Below, one piece after another: positions 25,617 through 38,720 of a stretch of DNA of 64,000 bases. Under the pieces are notes generated by a model. The model made no database searches and had not been told where the DNA came from. It saw nothing but the letters and a program-made list of their open reading frames with translations. Positions within the stretch are counted from its first letter, which is position 1; every line of letters begins with the position of its first letter. Both the position numbers and the translations under genes were made by a program. This DNA is from Azolla caroliniana (taxonomy: Eukaryota; Plantae; Polypodiophyta), in assembly GCA_043228905.1 (NCBI GenBank), contig JBHGNT010000014.1, positions 13,764,001-13,828,000 of the forward strand, in the 5' to 3' direction.

Positions 25617-25620
25617 AATA

Positions 25621-26267
25621 TGTCGCGTTACTACGCGCGTGTGTGGAGAAACGAGGCGGGACCACCGGGGTCTTGAACCGAAGAGCAGGTGATAGAAGGG
25701 GAAAAGAGAGAGAGAGACGCCTGTCACGTATGAGCAAAGAAACACCGGGGCACGACCCGTCAACACTGAAGACGCGAATGGACACAGAGACAGGGAGATA
25801 GAAGTTTTTGTAGATTAACGAATAACAAATACACAACAGAGCACACGAGCTATTACAACCGAACAGGCCAGCGAACAGATGCCGATGCCTGTTCGTCTGC
25901 GCACGAAAGGAGAAAAGGGTGGAGGTGCTGCCGGAAGCACACGGGCGTTCCTCGAAGCAGTGCGAGCCTCCCGAAACCCTGTAGAGAAGAGCGATCGAGA
26001 ACGAACAGAGGAGAAGCGTTCCGTTACGGTCCGACAACACTTCATCCTCCTTAATGCGCGATCCCTTCTCTCTGCGTCTCCTTCTCCTTTATAGCGTCCA
26101 GAAGGGAGCCGTCCCCCCTCATTTACGTCCTACCTACCGAATCTAACTACCCAGGATATACCTACGTACTTAATCTCTATTATATACATTAAGGGCGCGC
26201 ACGTGTGAAGAGCCGGTTCATGCGCGCTATGCACCGATTGCGCTAAGGGATGGTTTTCTTCACGACA
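25621..26267 (-). repeat. 5' LTR of D
   Basis: tgtcgcg..cacgaca; matches 9409-9897. Confidence 0.92.
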
Positions 26268-26462
26268 ACACGGTACTTCTGTCAGTCCCACGAGGACTTG
26301 TATAAATAGTGCTACTGAGCACAGTTGTAAAGACAGAGTGATTATATTGTTTTTTTTGAATATAGCTTTTACGTTCTGATCTCTCTGTCTCTCCCGTGTA
26401 CTTTGTGTATTCCCTAATTTCTCTGTTTTCTAATGCTTCCGCAAGTAATCGTTTACAGGGAC

Positions 26463-26978
26463 TAAGCAATTGCAATTCGCTGGGAAACGCAAGACACCCA
26501 ATGAATTCATGGATTGCGATTGTAAGCGACATCATTCTTTTTGCGTATTCTGTAGAAAGAAGGTCATACAAAAGAGCAATGTTGAAAGCTCCAACGGAAA
26601 GAGCACACCGGCAAAACAAAAGCTACATACCATAAATGTCAGATTCCTAATGTCCTTCAGGTCTATACATATCATTTAAGTAATTGTTAATGTTCTTTCC
26701 CTCACTATGTATTGGGACCCAATGATTTACTACGTGCAAACGGGTATATCAATGGATCACCCATACAATTTTTGTTTGATTCGAGAAGCTCACACAACTT
26801 TGTGAAGAATTGTTTGGTTCAGATATGGGGAATCCAACCCACCATAAGTGATCACACATATAAGGTGCACTTGGCTTATGGAAGAGTACAATACATCAAC
26901 AAATGATTCATTCATTAGGAATTTCTATTGATACTTATATAGAGGAAGTAGACTTCCATGTAATGAATCTTTGTACCA
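26463..26978 (+). pseudogene. B gag zinc knuckle and protease (continuation)
   Basis: CVFCRK..HTKEQC and FLFDSRSSHNF; colinear with 63440-63958. Confidence 0.85.
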
Positions 26979-27660
26979 GGGTCAGAGCACGCTACGGTGT
27001 ACCAACTTTTGGCCAAAACTTTAGTACTAATTCCATGTGGAGGAAAAACCTAAAAATATAAAAATAAATCCAATATTTGGGTTTAAAAAGTTGATCACTT
27101 GTGTTAAAATTAAAAGTCACATTCAATGAAAATAGATTTCAAATATGGAAAAACATCACTTGTGTTAAAATCCTAGGTAATGTTGTAAGGAGGTCTTAAC
27201 TATATAAGATCTCGAGTAGTCAGTCAATCATGAAGATAGTCAGCCAATTTCTCTTCCACTTTGTCTCTCTGTCTCTCTTGGCTCGAAGGTTTATCTCGCA
27301 CTATCAGTTAGTCTCTCTCTCTCTCTCTACACTTAGTGATTCCCTAGGTTCGTACCTCCTCTCTCTATCACTCTTTCCTTCCCCCTTCTACTCGTTATAA
27401 CATTCACTACGTTCGTACCCCCCTCCCTCCCTCTCTCTCTCTTCCAACTTCTGCACAGGTTTCTCCACGTTCTCTACTCACCCTGCAAACTCCAAGCATT
27501 CCTTGCTCGTCGTGTCCTCTTTGCAACAACAATATACTCAGGTTTCCTACGGTGTCCTTGCTGCATCGACATCAGGTGTTCAACTGTATGCTCGTCGCAT
27601 CCTCTCTCTCTCAAGTGTTGTACTGTGTCCTTTTGCATCGAGCTTTCCTCTGCTGGCCGT

Positions 27661-27699
<39 letters not shown>

Positions 27700-29627
27700 C
27701 ATTCTCTGAAGTGTGGTCTGCTCACTGTGTCCCCTTCGCATCGGTCTTTGCTCTGCTGGTCATGTTCCCTCTACCTCCAAGTGCTCCCTCTACCTGGTGT
27801 GTTCCCTCTACCTAGTACATGTTCTACTATATGTTTGATTCTATCTGTTTTTGTCATTTAGGGTTTGGTTGTTGTTGTTGTTCTCCCTTAATCATTTGAG
27901 TGCTTTGTAAATGCATATGCTTGAATTTGCTGGTCTTGTACATGCTTATGTCATTTTCTATAGGTGCTTGAATTTTGTACATCTGCAACCATAACGATGT
28001 TTGGGACTTGTTTATCTGTATGTTTGATTCTATATGTTATTATCATTTAGGGTTATGTTGTTGTTGTTCTCCCTTGATCATTTGAGAGTTTTGTACATGC
28101 ATATGCTTGAATTTGAGAGTCGGTCAACATGCTTATGTCATTTTCTATAGGTGCTTGAATTTTGTACAGCCCCAACCCTAATGACATTTGGTACATGTTC
28201 TACTGTATGTTTGATTCTGTGTTATTGTCATTTAGGGTTCTTGAATTTTGTACATGTTGATATATTGAAAGAGGGTTCTTGTTAAATGATCTTGATCTTG
28301 TACTTGTTCTTGTCCTTTTTTTTGTTTTTCTTGTTCTTGTCGTTCTTATTATTCTTGTTTTCCTACTTGATTTAGAACTGTTATGATGCATGTGTATATG
28401 TTGTGTATCGGGAGTTAACATTATGTTTCATATTCGACATCTCCTTGAATTGTATATTATTTAATATTTTTTACTATTGTTGTGCATGTGAGGCGAAGAA
28501 GAGAGACACGATTCTAATGACAAGGAAGACACCCATGAAGAAGAAAATGGTCAAAGAAAATGTCAACACACCATGCAAGGAAAGAAAAAGGACCCCCATA
28601 AATAAAAGCAAGATGACCCCCACCAGAGGGAGGTCGAAGTTTTCAACAACTTAGGGCAAGAAGATTCACACAAACATTCTTCGAGGTACAAAATTAGATG
28701 GGGTTATTTCCTTCGTGCACGACCTGACACTTATGAAGACCTAGACATGTGGATGATGAAAACTTGGGGCTCATCACAACCCAAGACAAGGAGAGGTTTC
28801 CATCTTAATCAATTGAAGAAGGATTATATCACTGAACTAAAGTCACAATATGAACAAGTTTATGATACGAAACATGTCCTAAACAATGAGGCAGGATCTG
28901 TCTTTGCATGTGCATTTGCATGTGAACTCCATGGTGGCATTGAAGTTGATTGGGAAGATTTTGCTCATCATCGATCATCACATTATAGAGGGTCCTCAAG
29001 TACCAACACTACCATGAAGTTTGAGGGTACCTCTCATATTGAAATCCCAACTCAGAGATCTGTGTTGACTCAACAAATTGCAAAACAAAAAGTGACACCG
29101 AAAGAAAAACATGAAGAGTGATTGTTGCGTTGTATAGATTCTACGCAAACAAAAATGCAAGCACTGCTGGCTGATTTGGAAGAAGTTTCATCTGGTGAGA
29201 TGGCAACAGAGAAACAATTCACATCTATGTCGAATACATAAGAATGGATTGCATCAACAACCCAAAATTCTAAAAGCGATGTGTTAAAAGAGGAGTTGAA
29301 GAAGGGGGTCACAACTATGGGTACTCATCTGGAAGCATAGAAGAAAGATCTAGAGACATGGAGGTCTTCCTTCTTGTTCTGAAATTGATGAGCAATTATC
29401 AGCCTTAAAGCTACATTAAGAGAACCTAACATGTTTGATGAATGGTCTAAAAGAAAAAGGTTTAGATACTTTGTGTCTAGACGTAGTTGAGCACCCCGCT
29501 TGCATGGAAAGTACAATTACAAATATTACTATATGATGGTAATGGTTTATATTTCTCCTTTTTGACCTTCTATGGTATAAAATATCATTGGTGCTAATAT
29601 AGTGTATGTTGTGTCTTGTTATTGAAG

Positions 29628-29812
29628 GTGTTTATTCTGTGCCCTTAGATTCAAGCTTGAGTCTATGGATGCTATCATTACACCATGCTTGCACACATAT
29701 CATTTTTTATGCGCTAAGTACTATTTCGAGAAAGAAAATATATGTTTGGACTGTAAAAGTATAGTTGGAGCAGAGTGGTACCTAGCTTGGGGTTTGAAAG
29801 TACACACCTATG
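29628..29812 (+). CDS. Open exon encoding a RING-H2 finger
   Basis: AG|G..|GT boundaries; CLFC-x15-CLH-TY-H-FL-C-x10-CLDC gives C3H2C3 spacing. Confidence 0.75.
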
Positions 29813-29904
29813 GTATGTGATTAAGCATTATGCAATTTGTATACTATGATTTTATAATTTTAGTTTTGGTTCTGTTCTTATACCTATGATCCTTTTTTCA
29901 TGAT

Positions 29905-30440
29905 TCAGTACTAACATTACTGATTACATTCTAATCTAGGATGATCAGTTGATTTAGTGCGGATATTTAATACTAAAGGTCTTAAATGTTTAATTGTATA
30001 ACTTGTATTAGTACTAACATTGTTTATTGCATTGTACTTTTTGTGTCCACTTGACTTGGGCTTTGCATGATCAAACAAATAGGCATGCCGGTCTTGGCTG
30101 TTTAGTACTAACATTGTTCATTACCAGATGAAATATGCATGTCCAGGTGGTTCAGTACTATTCCTTTAAGTTCCTAAGATGTTATTAAGTACTAACAATA
30201 GTGATTACATTGTATTCCTTCGTGATCAATTGATTCAGTATTGATTATTTAGTACTAAAGGTCATAAATGTTTAGTTGTATAACTTGTATTAGTACTAAC
30301 ATTGGTTAATTGCATTGTACTTTTTGAGTCCACGTGACTTAGGCTTTGCATGACCGAGCAAATAGGCATGAAGGTCTTGGCTTTTTAGTACTAACATTGT
30401 TCATTACCAGATGAAATATGCATGTCCAGGTGGATCAATA
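29905..30440. repeat. About 280-bp tandem duplication within H
   Basis: agtactaaca..ccagatgaaatatgcatgtccaggtgg occurs twice. Confidence 0.8.
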
Positions 30441-33252
30441 TCTTATAATATGTATGCTTATAATATGAATGTTGTAGTATCTAGCAACACAACACCAAGG
30501 AAGGTAATTGACAAACCAGGCCCCGCAATACTACGTACATAGTCTGCTGCAAATTCCAAAGTCCACGGTTGTTCATTAGTGGTACCTGATGAAATTTATG
30601 ATGAAATGAATGTATGAGAAGGGCCATTGGAACAGTTGAAGATGTGTTGCTTAAAACAAAATCTCCTAGCTTGGCACACCCTAACTATGTGAATGGTAAA
30701 GCTAATTGTGTTTGCACTTCTAATTTCTGAAATGTTGGTATACTACTAATTTCTTATGTTTCTATCAAAGAGCCTACGAAGAAGCGTAATGGTGCAAGGA
30801 AATTGTATGGAAAGGGGAAGAAATGCAAAGTTGATTGTTGTGATGGGTAATACAAATTCTCACAAACTTGTAGCTATTGTAAAGTTTTAGAGTTAGACTA
30901 ATACTACGTACTTTTGTTTTTAGACAAGGAAGAAAAGAGTAATGAAAATGGAGATACAAATTCAAAGCCACAATATGAAGAAGAATTTATCTCACTTCTA
31001 AGTACATGTTGGGAGCCCTCTCATCTAATAGTTATTTTGACCATATTACTTTATGTGACAATAATGTACAAGTGTATTAATATATAGAGAGTGTTGTGAA
31101 ATATTGGCATGATGAAGAGCCCCAACTTGAAACTGGGACCATCCCAAGCAACAATGACAACTGCAATGCCACTACAAACCACGTCTTGCAGCACATGACA
31201 AACACAATCATATGCAAAGACTCATCTACAAAAGATCAGGATGAAGATGTAACGGTAGGTAAACATTTGTCCCTTAATCTTAAACATTTGGCTAGGTTCC
31301 TTCACTTTTTCAAAATGTGAATTGATATTGTTCTTGCATCCCTCTATTTTATTTAGGAGTAGAAGAGCATGGAGATTCACAAATACCATCAGATGATTCA
31401 GGTAGTTTATGGAGCAATCTTGATTATTCAGGCTCAGATGCTACCACACATGAGGAATGTGAAATCACCCAAAAAGAGAAGCTAGAGTGGACAAGCAACT
31501 TATACGAGGAGTTTGTAGGGAATGTGAATTTGACCCAAGGAGAGGATCATGGTTGTACAAAGAATGAGGTGTGTGTCCAAAACACCACAAGCAGCCTTAA
31601 CCTAGGGCAAGATTGTATCATTAAGGACATTGTAGCAACTACCTAAGAAGAAGGAGAGGGTGGTGCTACGAATGAGGCATTTGTCCAAAATACTGCAAGT
31701 GGCTTGCACTTGGAGCAAGTGTCTAGCATCATCAACAGGGAGTTTGAAATGAAGACAAGCACCCAAGATGAGGAACATGTTTGTACTCCTAATAAAGTGG
31801 TAGTGGTGTCTACCCACGAAGAGGAGTTGGAAAAATTTCAGAATGATGTGTCCAATGACCTCCAGGAGATTTCTAGTAAGACTATCGACCACATCTTCTT
31901 GGAATTGTGTGCATCTCAGGCAGTTGCAATAGAGCACACTGTTCCCTCCAATAATGAATTGCCACTAAGTAGTTTACTACCTCGTGGTTTTAAGATGAAG
32001 AAGGGTGTGAAATCTGAGAAGAATGAAACCAAAAATAGGCACATTACAAGATCTAGAAAAAACTAAAACCAAAGTTTATTATATTTTGAAGGTTGTATGT
32101 AATTGATTACCGAATGTAAAGTTATTGATTACCTGCTTCTTGACACTATTTTGGTTTACTCATCCAGATTGTGAATTGCATGCAAAGTTACTGATAGGAA
32201 TGCTAAGTTATTGATTACCCTCATCTTGACACAATTTTGGTTTACTTGTTATGCACACATATGACAGTGAGAATGTAAAGTCATCAGTGGAATGAACACT
32301 CCTATCTTAGATATGTCCTTGTTAGTAAACACTTAACAGAGTTTAAGTACTAACTTGATATGCATTGTAGCTAATTTCCTACTGCCTCGTGCCACTCAGT
32401 AGTCTACTACCTCCGATGATGAAGTGTCACTCAGTACCTAGCTAAGTTTATTGTATCTGGCTGGTTGTCTGTAATTGATAGGAATGTTAAGTTATTGATT
32501 ACACTCATCGTGACATTGTTTTGGTTTACTTGTTATGAACACATGTGACAGTGAGAAGATGAGTGATGAGTGGAATGAACACTCAGATCTTACATATGTC
32601 TCCGTTAGCAAACTCTTAACACATTTTTAGTACTAACTTGATATGCATTGTACTAACTTTGATACATATGAACTCCTAAAGAGTTATAGGCACACACTTT
32701 TAACATGTGTGTGACAGTGAGAAGGCGAGTAAAACTTGGAATGAACACTCCTAACTTAGATATTGATAGGTTAGTAAACCCTAAATGTAGGCTCAAATAC
32801 TAGCCAATGAGATTTTTTACCAAGCACTAGACACTTCATGTAAAAGAAACATACATATCTAAACCAAAGAGGGATATTGTTAGAAAACCCAAGATAAATA
32901 TGAAAATCCAAGATGATATATTTCCTTTCATTTGTAAGTCAGAGTTTGAATACATGCAAAAGTTACATATGAAGGAACGCTTGCCATTCTAAGCATTAAA
33001 GAGGGAGACCTCCCCCAATATGTGTTCACATACCCCTTTGGGGACTTTGTAGACAATGTTGTATCACTTAAACTTGTGCTTTGCTTGAGTCATTTTGAAC
33101 TTGATTGTGATAATGGCATCAACATAGATTATTGCGGTGGGTGAATCTTTTAACAATGCATATGTGTTCTTGCATTGTGGCAACTTTGCATAGTAGTTGC
33201 CATACATGACAGACTTACCGACATTGAACATGTTGCCTCGACCATCCCTCAC

Positions 33253-36200
33253 TGTTGTCCAGAGGACAGAAATGTAAGCCTCCGCGGGGAGGTCCTTATA
33301 CCCGAGGACTTCATCCTCTGAGATCTGTGTTGTCTGCCCATGCTCGATCGTTCCCTGGTTCAGCGATGCTTCCGCAGGGGTGATGACCAGGTTGCTCTGT
33401 CTGACCACTTCCTGCTGCTCCTGTTGTAGCTCACCCTCGCCTCATCACTTTGCTTCATGCTTCCACACAGTCGAACCCAGCCTCCATCTCCACTATGCCT
33501 CTTACTGCCTCAGCAGAAACCCGCGCCTGGCTCCAGGAACGAGGAATGGGCGGTTACTTGAAGATCATCGATGCCCCCGCGCACCCAGATGCCCAAACTG
33601 TGGTGAAACGTATAAGTCCCGAAGCCATCACCAACAACATGCTTCAGGCTGTTTTGGACCTGCAACGGGGAGGGGACCATGAGGTCGACATACCCCGACA
33701 TCAAAGATGAAGGCGTACTTCGGTGAGTACTCAGCCACAGGGAAGGCATATCGCACGTATGGCGGGCCCAACAAAGCTTTCGGGGAGATTGCTCGTATCT
33801 TGATGGAGTATGCGTTCGTGCATACGAACCCAACGAGCATGCCGCAGAACAAGGCAGCCAGCATCATCAGCGCTTATGAAGGAAACAGAATCGATTGGGG
33901 AATCATCACAGGCGAAGGACTCCGCGCTGCCTTAGCTTCATTTCAGTCTGGTAAGAAGATGTTGTCTGTTCTTACCCACTTTTTGATGGTGCTATACCCA
34001 CCCTCTTCGCTTCCTTCCCCTCGCGCACTCACGTCCCCACCACCACCACGGAGGCAGAGAGAGAAATTCGTGGCCATCAGCCACGAAGCATGGGAGGAGC
34101 CCACATCGCCTTCACCCCTTACCGTCGACCAGAAAACCGCATCTGCTCCACCACCCGCCCAACCCCAACAAAAAAGGGTAGTTTCCGAGACCTGCCAAGA
34201 ATGGGAGGGGGAGGTAGCCATGGCAGACAACACGGCCGATGACGTCACCATTCGACAGCCAACGTTGCGCCCCTCGGTAACATCCCCAGGACCTAGCCCA
34301 TGCTCCAACACACAGTAGGCTGCACCACCAAGACCCCAGAAAAGGAAGCAGGCGGAGGAAACAACACTACCGGCCCCGGAACCCCAAACACAACCAAGCA
34401 AAAGAAGACGACTCAACCGCGAGTCCTCGGAAGAACAGAAGGAGCCACATCAGGAGCAAGCCTTAGTGGTCAAACAGAGCAACCTGGCCATCACCCCTGC
34501 GGAGGCATTGCTGAACCAGGGAACGATCGAGCAGGGGCAGACAACACAGATCTCGGAGGATGAAGTCCTCGGGTATAAGGACCTCCCCGCGGAGGCTTAC
34601 GAATTTAGTGCGCTCTTACGCCTCGGTACGTCATTCGAGCTGGTCAACTTCCTCGCCAGAGCCCAAGTCGCGGCAGCCGCTCGGATGGCGGAAGAGCACG
34701 CCGAAACAAAAATGATTCAACGTGCGCTAATAGGTGAAATTGAGCCCCAGGAGGAGAGGGCTTTACAAAAAATCGGGAGGAAGAAGCAAGCAAAACAGGT
34801 CGCTCTCCTCATGGAGGTCCCCGAGTTGAACACGGCCCTTATCGAGGCATATCGGGACCTGGATCGCACTACGCGGGCAGCGAAAGATATGGCCCGAAAG
34901 ATAAAAGTAGCCCAAAAACAGGCTAAGATGGCTACAGAACTATGGCACACTACGAACCAGAAGCTGGCAGCCTGGGAGCAAACCGGCCGAAACAACAAGT
35001 CTCGAGCCTTCCGGGAACGACCACCGAGGCCCTCCCAGCGCCTCCACGCATAACAATGATGGATGAAAGCACCATCACAGAGTCCATCCTGAAGGTACAG
35101 GCCACTACACAAACAGACTCGTTACAAATGGTCGATGCCTGCACAACAACCGAGGCGGCCACGACCGTGGAGCAAACCGAACTACCCGCACCTAGTGCAA
35201 CCAAGGAGGTGGCAACCCAGACAGAACCCCCGCTCCGGGATTACCGTGCGGAGCTTAAAGAAGAACAACGGCGAACCGAGAGACACGAACAACGACATCA
35301 AGAGGCGATGCCTCGCCTAAAAGAAGAAGCTTCCAAGAAGATGGCCGGGATAAGAGCCCAGGCCGACCAAAGGATACACGAGCAGAACGAAGCACTGGGC
35401 CGGGTACAAGCGCAAGCTGAGGCCAAGGAAGCCGAACTCAAAAGCAAGCTGGAGGAATACGCCGCCACAGTGGTGAAGAAAGAGACGGAGGTTCTAGACC
35501 TACAGGCCGCGCTCGACAACGCACACGACTGGAACCAGCGGCAGGAGGAAAGAAATCGTGAATGGGAGGAGAGGATGAACGCGGAGAATGCCGAGCTGCA
35601 GAGTCAGCGTACGACCCTGAAAGAGATGGCTGACGAGTTTTTCATCAAATGCAAGCTACTTCCGGAGCAAAAAGACGCCTTATCAGATTCCTACTTCGCC
35701 CTACAAGAAGAGAGAATCGTCGAACGGGAACAAATCCGGGCCACGTGTCAGAAAGAACGGGAGCAGGCCACCGAAGAACTCACCAAGCGTTACGAGCATG
35801 CTCTCCAGCTCGTAACCACGGATGCAAAGAACAGTCAAACCATCTATGAGCTAAGGACACAGAAGATTCAGGCCGAGGTCGACGGCTTAAAACAGGAATT
35901 AGCAGCCATCCGAGCATAGCCCGGCATGGATGAGACACGCATCCGCATACTGCTCGAGAAACAGCGCCAGCACCTTACCAAAAAGGTCGAGGAAACATTA
36001 AGTTGCGCAGGAGACGAATGGGCAGCCCAAGCTGCCGAATTGCATATTTTACGCGCCGACGTCGAGATCCGACGGAAGGAGGGCCGCGGCTTCTACAAAA
36101 TGGACGAAGCCAACATTCAAAACCTGCGTGCAGATTTAACCGAGGATTACCAGTCCTTGGCAAAATCTCACACTGCGGCAATCGAGCAAATAATGGAGGA

Positions 36201-37140
36201 CTTCAATGATGGTCAGATGCTGTTTCGCTTGGAAGTAGAAGCCTTCGAACGAGAACGACTCGCAACCATCCCCACCAGCCCTCCAACGGCCGCAGAGCAG
36301 AAAGAAGAACCTCCCAGCGAGGAGATCACGGACACGGCACAGGAGGAACTTGCCCCGGCCAACAGACATCCCTTGGACGCCCACATGGTACCAGAGCCTG
36401 TCGAAGGAGAGGTCAGCGCCCACGAGCCCACACCCCCACTTGAAGAATCGGTCGCACCCGAGGCGGCCGCCCGAGAAGATATGCCACCCCCGGACCAAAC
36501 TCAACCCCCCGCACCGACAGTCCAACCAGACCACCCTGCCACCACCTCGGACCCCGAAAGCATCCTCGACATCTTAAAGGAAGAATGAAACGAGGATCAC
36601 GCCTAAAAGGCAATTTTTGTAATATTATTAGTATTTTGTAAGTCGTGGGTCCGACAGACAAGGTCCTGTCCCACGGGCGTGCCAGGTGTTGTCCAGAGGA
36701 CAGAAATGTAAAATTAGGAAATTAGCAAATGCCGAGTCCGAGTATCACGGGCCACCAATGGCTCGGCTGTGTGTTAGGGGAAAAGTTATTTAAACGAGAA
36801 GCAGTACCTCAGAAAGGAGGAGAGAAGAAAATTATAGGCGGCAGCACTAGCTTAGTCATTCGAAGTAGATAAACTCGTAAGGTCACCGGCCATAGGCCGT
36901 GTTCTGTAATCCTTTTCTGCCATAGTAATATATTTTAATTGTGCCTATTTTGCTGCATGAGTCTGTGTTTCGATCTATACCTATGAGTTTCACGCCGCCA
37001 CGTTTATCAAAACCTCGCTAGTGTTTTCTCTCTGAGCCCTGTATCTCTCGACGCCTCTGTACGAGCCTTCACGTACCACGCCCTTCAAGACCGATAGACG
37101 CCAATCTATCGAAGGTGTTCACCCAAAGGAATGGGTAACA
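33253..37140 (+). mobile_element. LTR element G (E-related; gag-pol and most of 5' LTR lost)
   Basis: TSD CTCAC; 25-bp LTR stub at 33253 matches start of full LTR 36687-37140; pre-LTR motif shared with E. Confidence 0.85.
33495..36588 (+). pseudogene. G extra ORF (about 1000 codons, broken): globular N-terminus, Pro/Thr linker, long coiled coil, acidic Pro-rich tail
   Basis: Consecutive plus-strand ORF pieces 33495-33710, 33707-34318, 34466-35053, 34942-35919, 35926-36588. Confidence 0.7.
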
Positions 37141-37829
37141 CTCACAACTTCTTCAAATATTGTATTTCTTTGCTTGCACACCACAATGTAGTAGTCTTCA
37201 AAATCTTCAACCTAAGGAGATTTGAGCACCGCAAAATGATCTCCAACTTCTAATAATATTGCCAAGTCCTCACATTGGTTGTAGGATACAATATTGTTTG
37301 AATGTTCGTTTTCTTGGGTATCCACACATTGTTCTATCTCTAGCTTCCATGGCTCCACAATTGATAGATTGGTGCATTCATCCCAAGCTTCATCTAAACA
37401 CATGGAACAAAAGCACGATAAACTGCGGAATAACAATTGTGTTGTGTCCTTGCGACTAAACCCTAAAACAGAATGGGTCTTGCACGTCCCTTTCACGGTT
37501 TTACAACCGTATGATTTACTCCTATCCACCTCATTAGCACGAACCTCAATAAACAATCTATTCTTACCATCATTTGACATCTTCCATGTGAGCCACTCCA
37601 CAACATCATGTTCATTTTGTAACTTAGCACCTTTATTATCCAACTGCTCGCTTGTAAGGGCACGCTTGATCACAACCCCCGCGCCATCGTGCTCTCCCTT
37701 TCCATGTCTAGACCCGAAGTAGTTCCATTGCATCCTAATGTTTGTCAATGAGAAGTGGTGTTTTGTATGACAGTTAGCCAACAAACACAATTAATTGCAT
37801 GACTTAAACCATAATGATTACTTATGCAC

Positions 37830-38720
37830 GAGTGAACAGTACTAACAGACGAATCAATACAAATGAACAAGAGAGGATAGTACTAAGTTATTGATTAGTA
37901 ATAATGCACGAGAGAGGATAGTAATAAGTTGGAGATTAGTACTAACAAACGAGACAGGGAAGTGGTAAGTTATTAATTAGTACTAATGCACGAGAAAGGA
38001 TAGTACTAAGTTGGAAATTAGTACTAACAGACGAGAAAGGGAAGTGGTAAGTTATTAATTATGTAGGCATGCATGAGAGAGAACAATCATAAGTTATAGT
38101 TGGTCGTAATGAACAAAGTTGGAGAGTGCTAAGTTATTAATTAGTACTAATGCATGAGAGAGGACAGTCCTAACTTATAAGCTGGTCTTAATGAACAAAT
38201 TTGGACAGTACTAAGTTAATAATTAGTACTAATGAACATGGTTGGATAGTACTAAGTTAATAATTAGTATTAATGAGAGAGGACAATCCTAAATTATAAA
38301 TTAGTACTAACGAACAAAGTTGAATAAACTAAGTTATGAATTAGTACAAACATTACTGAGAGAGGACAATGTAAGTAATAATTAGTGCTTGTGCTTGCCG
38401 GATGGCAGTCCAAAGTTATAAATTAGTACTAATGAACAAAAGAGGATAGTACTAAGTTATTCATTAGTACTAATGCACAATAGAGGGCAGTGCTAAGATA
38501 TAAATTAGTACTCGTGCCAATGAAGGAATATAGTCTAAGTTATAAATTAGTACTCGTGCCAATGAAGGAATACAATCTTAAGTTATAAATTATTACTTGT
38601 GCCAATGAAGGAATACATTGAACATTGAACAATACTATGTTGTAAATTAAGGATACATTACAAGGCCTAAACCTTAATTAGTACTTGTGCATGTAGGAGG
38701 ACAATACTAAGCTGTAAGTT
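37830..38720. repeat. Degenerate minisatellite inside the transposase intron
   Basis: Recurrent units with (t)agtactaa, gagaggata and aagttat(aa)attag. Confidence 0.75.

Larger units (their letters stand above)
9409..26267 (-). mobile_element. Ty3/gypsy element D (non-chromovirus, atypical RT), hosting E and F
   Basis: 5' LTR 25621-26267, 3' LTR remnant 9409-9897, tRNA-Trp PBS, minus-strand gag, protease, RT (LPQGGTNS, PFLDDIPIKG), RNaseH, integrase; 4-bp TSD ACGC/ACAC. Confidence 0.9.
9178..26457 (+). mobile_element. Copia-family solo LTR C (9178-9408 plus ~26272-26457) split by element D
   Basis: (g)gttgagc..aagctcaac start, ..gtttaca end, TSD GGGAC (9173-9177, 26458-26462); similar to copia LTRs at 42739 and 58293. 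Confidence 0.85.
28680..32066 (+). pseudogene. H accessory multi-exon gene (coiled coil, RING-H2 exon, acidic tail), degenerate
   Basis: Coding-like segments 28680-29560 and 31370-32066, GT-AG bounded exons, RING-H2 exon 29628-29812. Confidence 0.55.

Noticed and set aside
33064-33408. 114-aa minus-strand ORF resembling 34466-35053
   Set aside because: Chimera of the inverted G fragment, LTR stub and transposase tail
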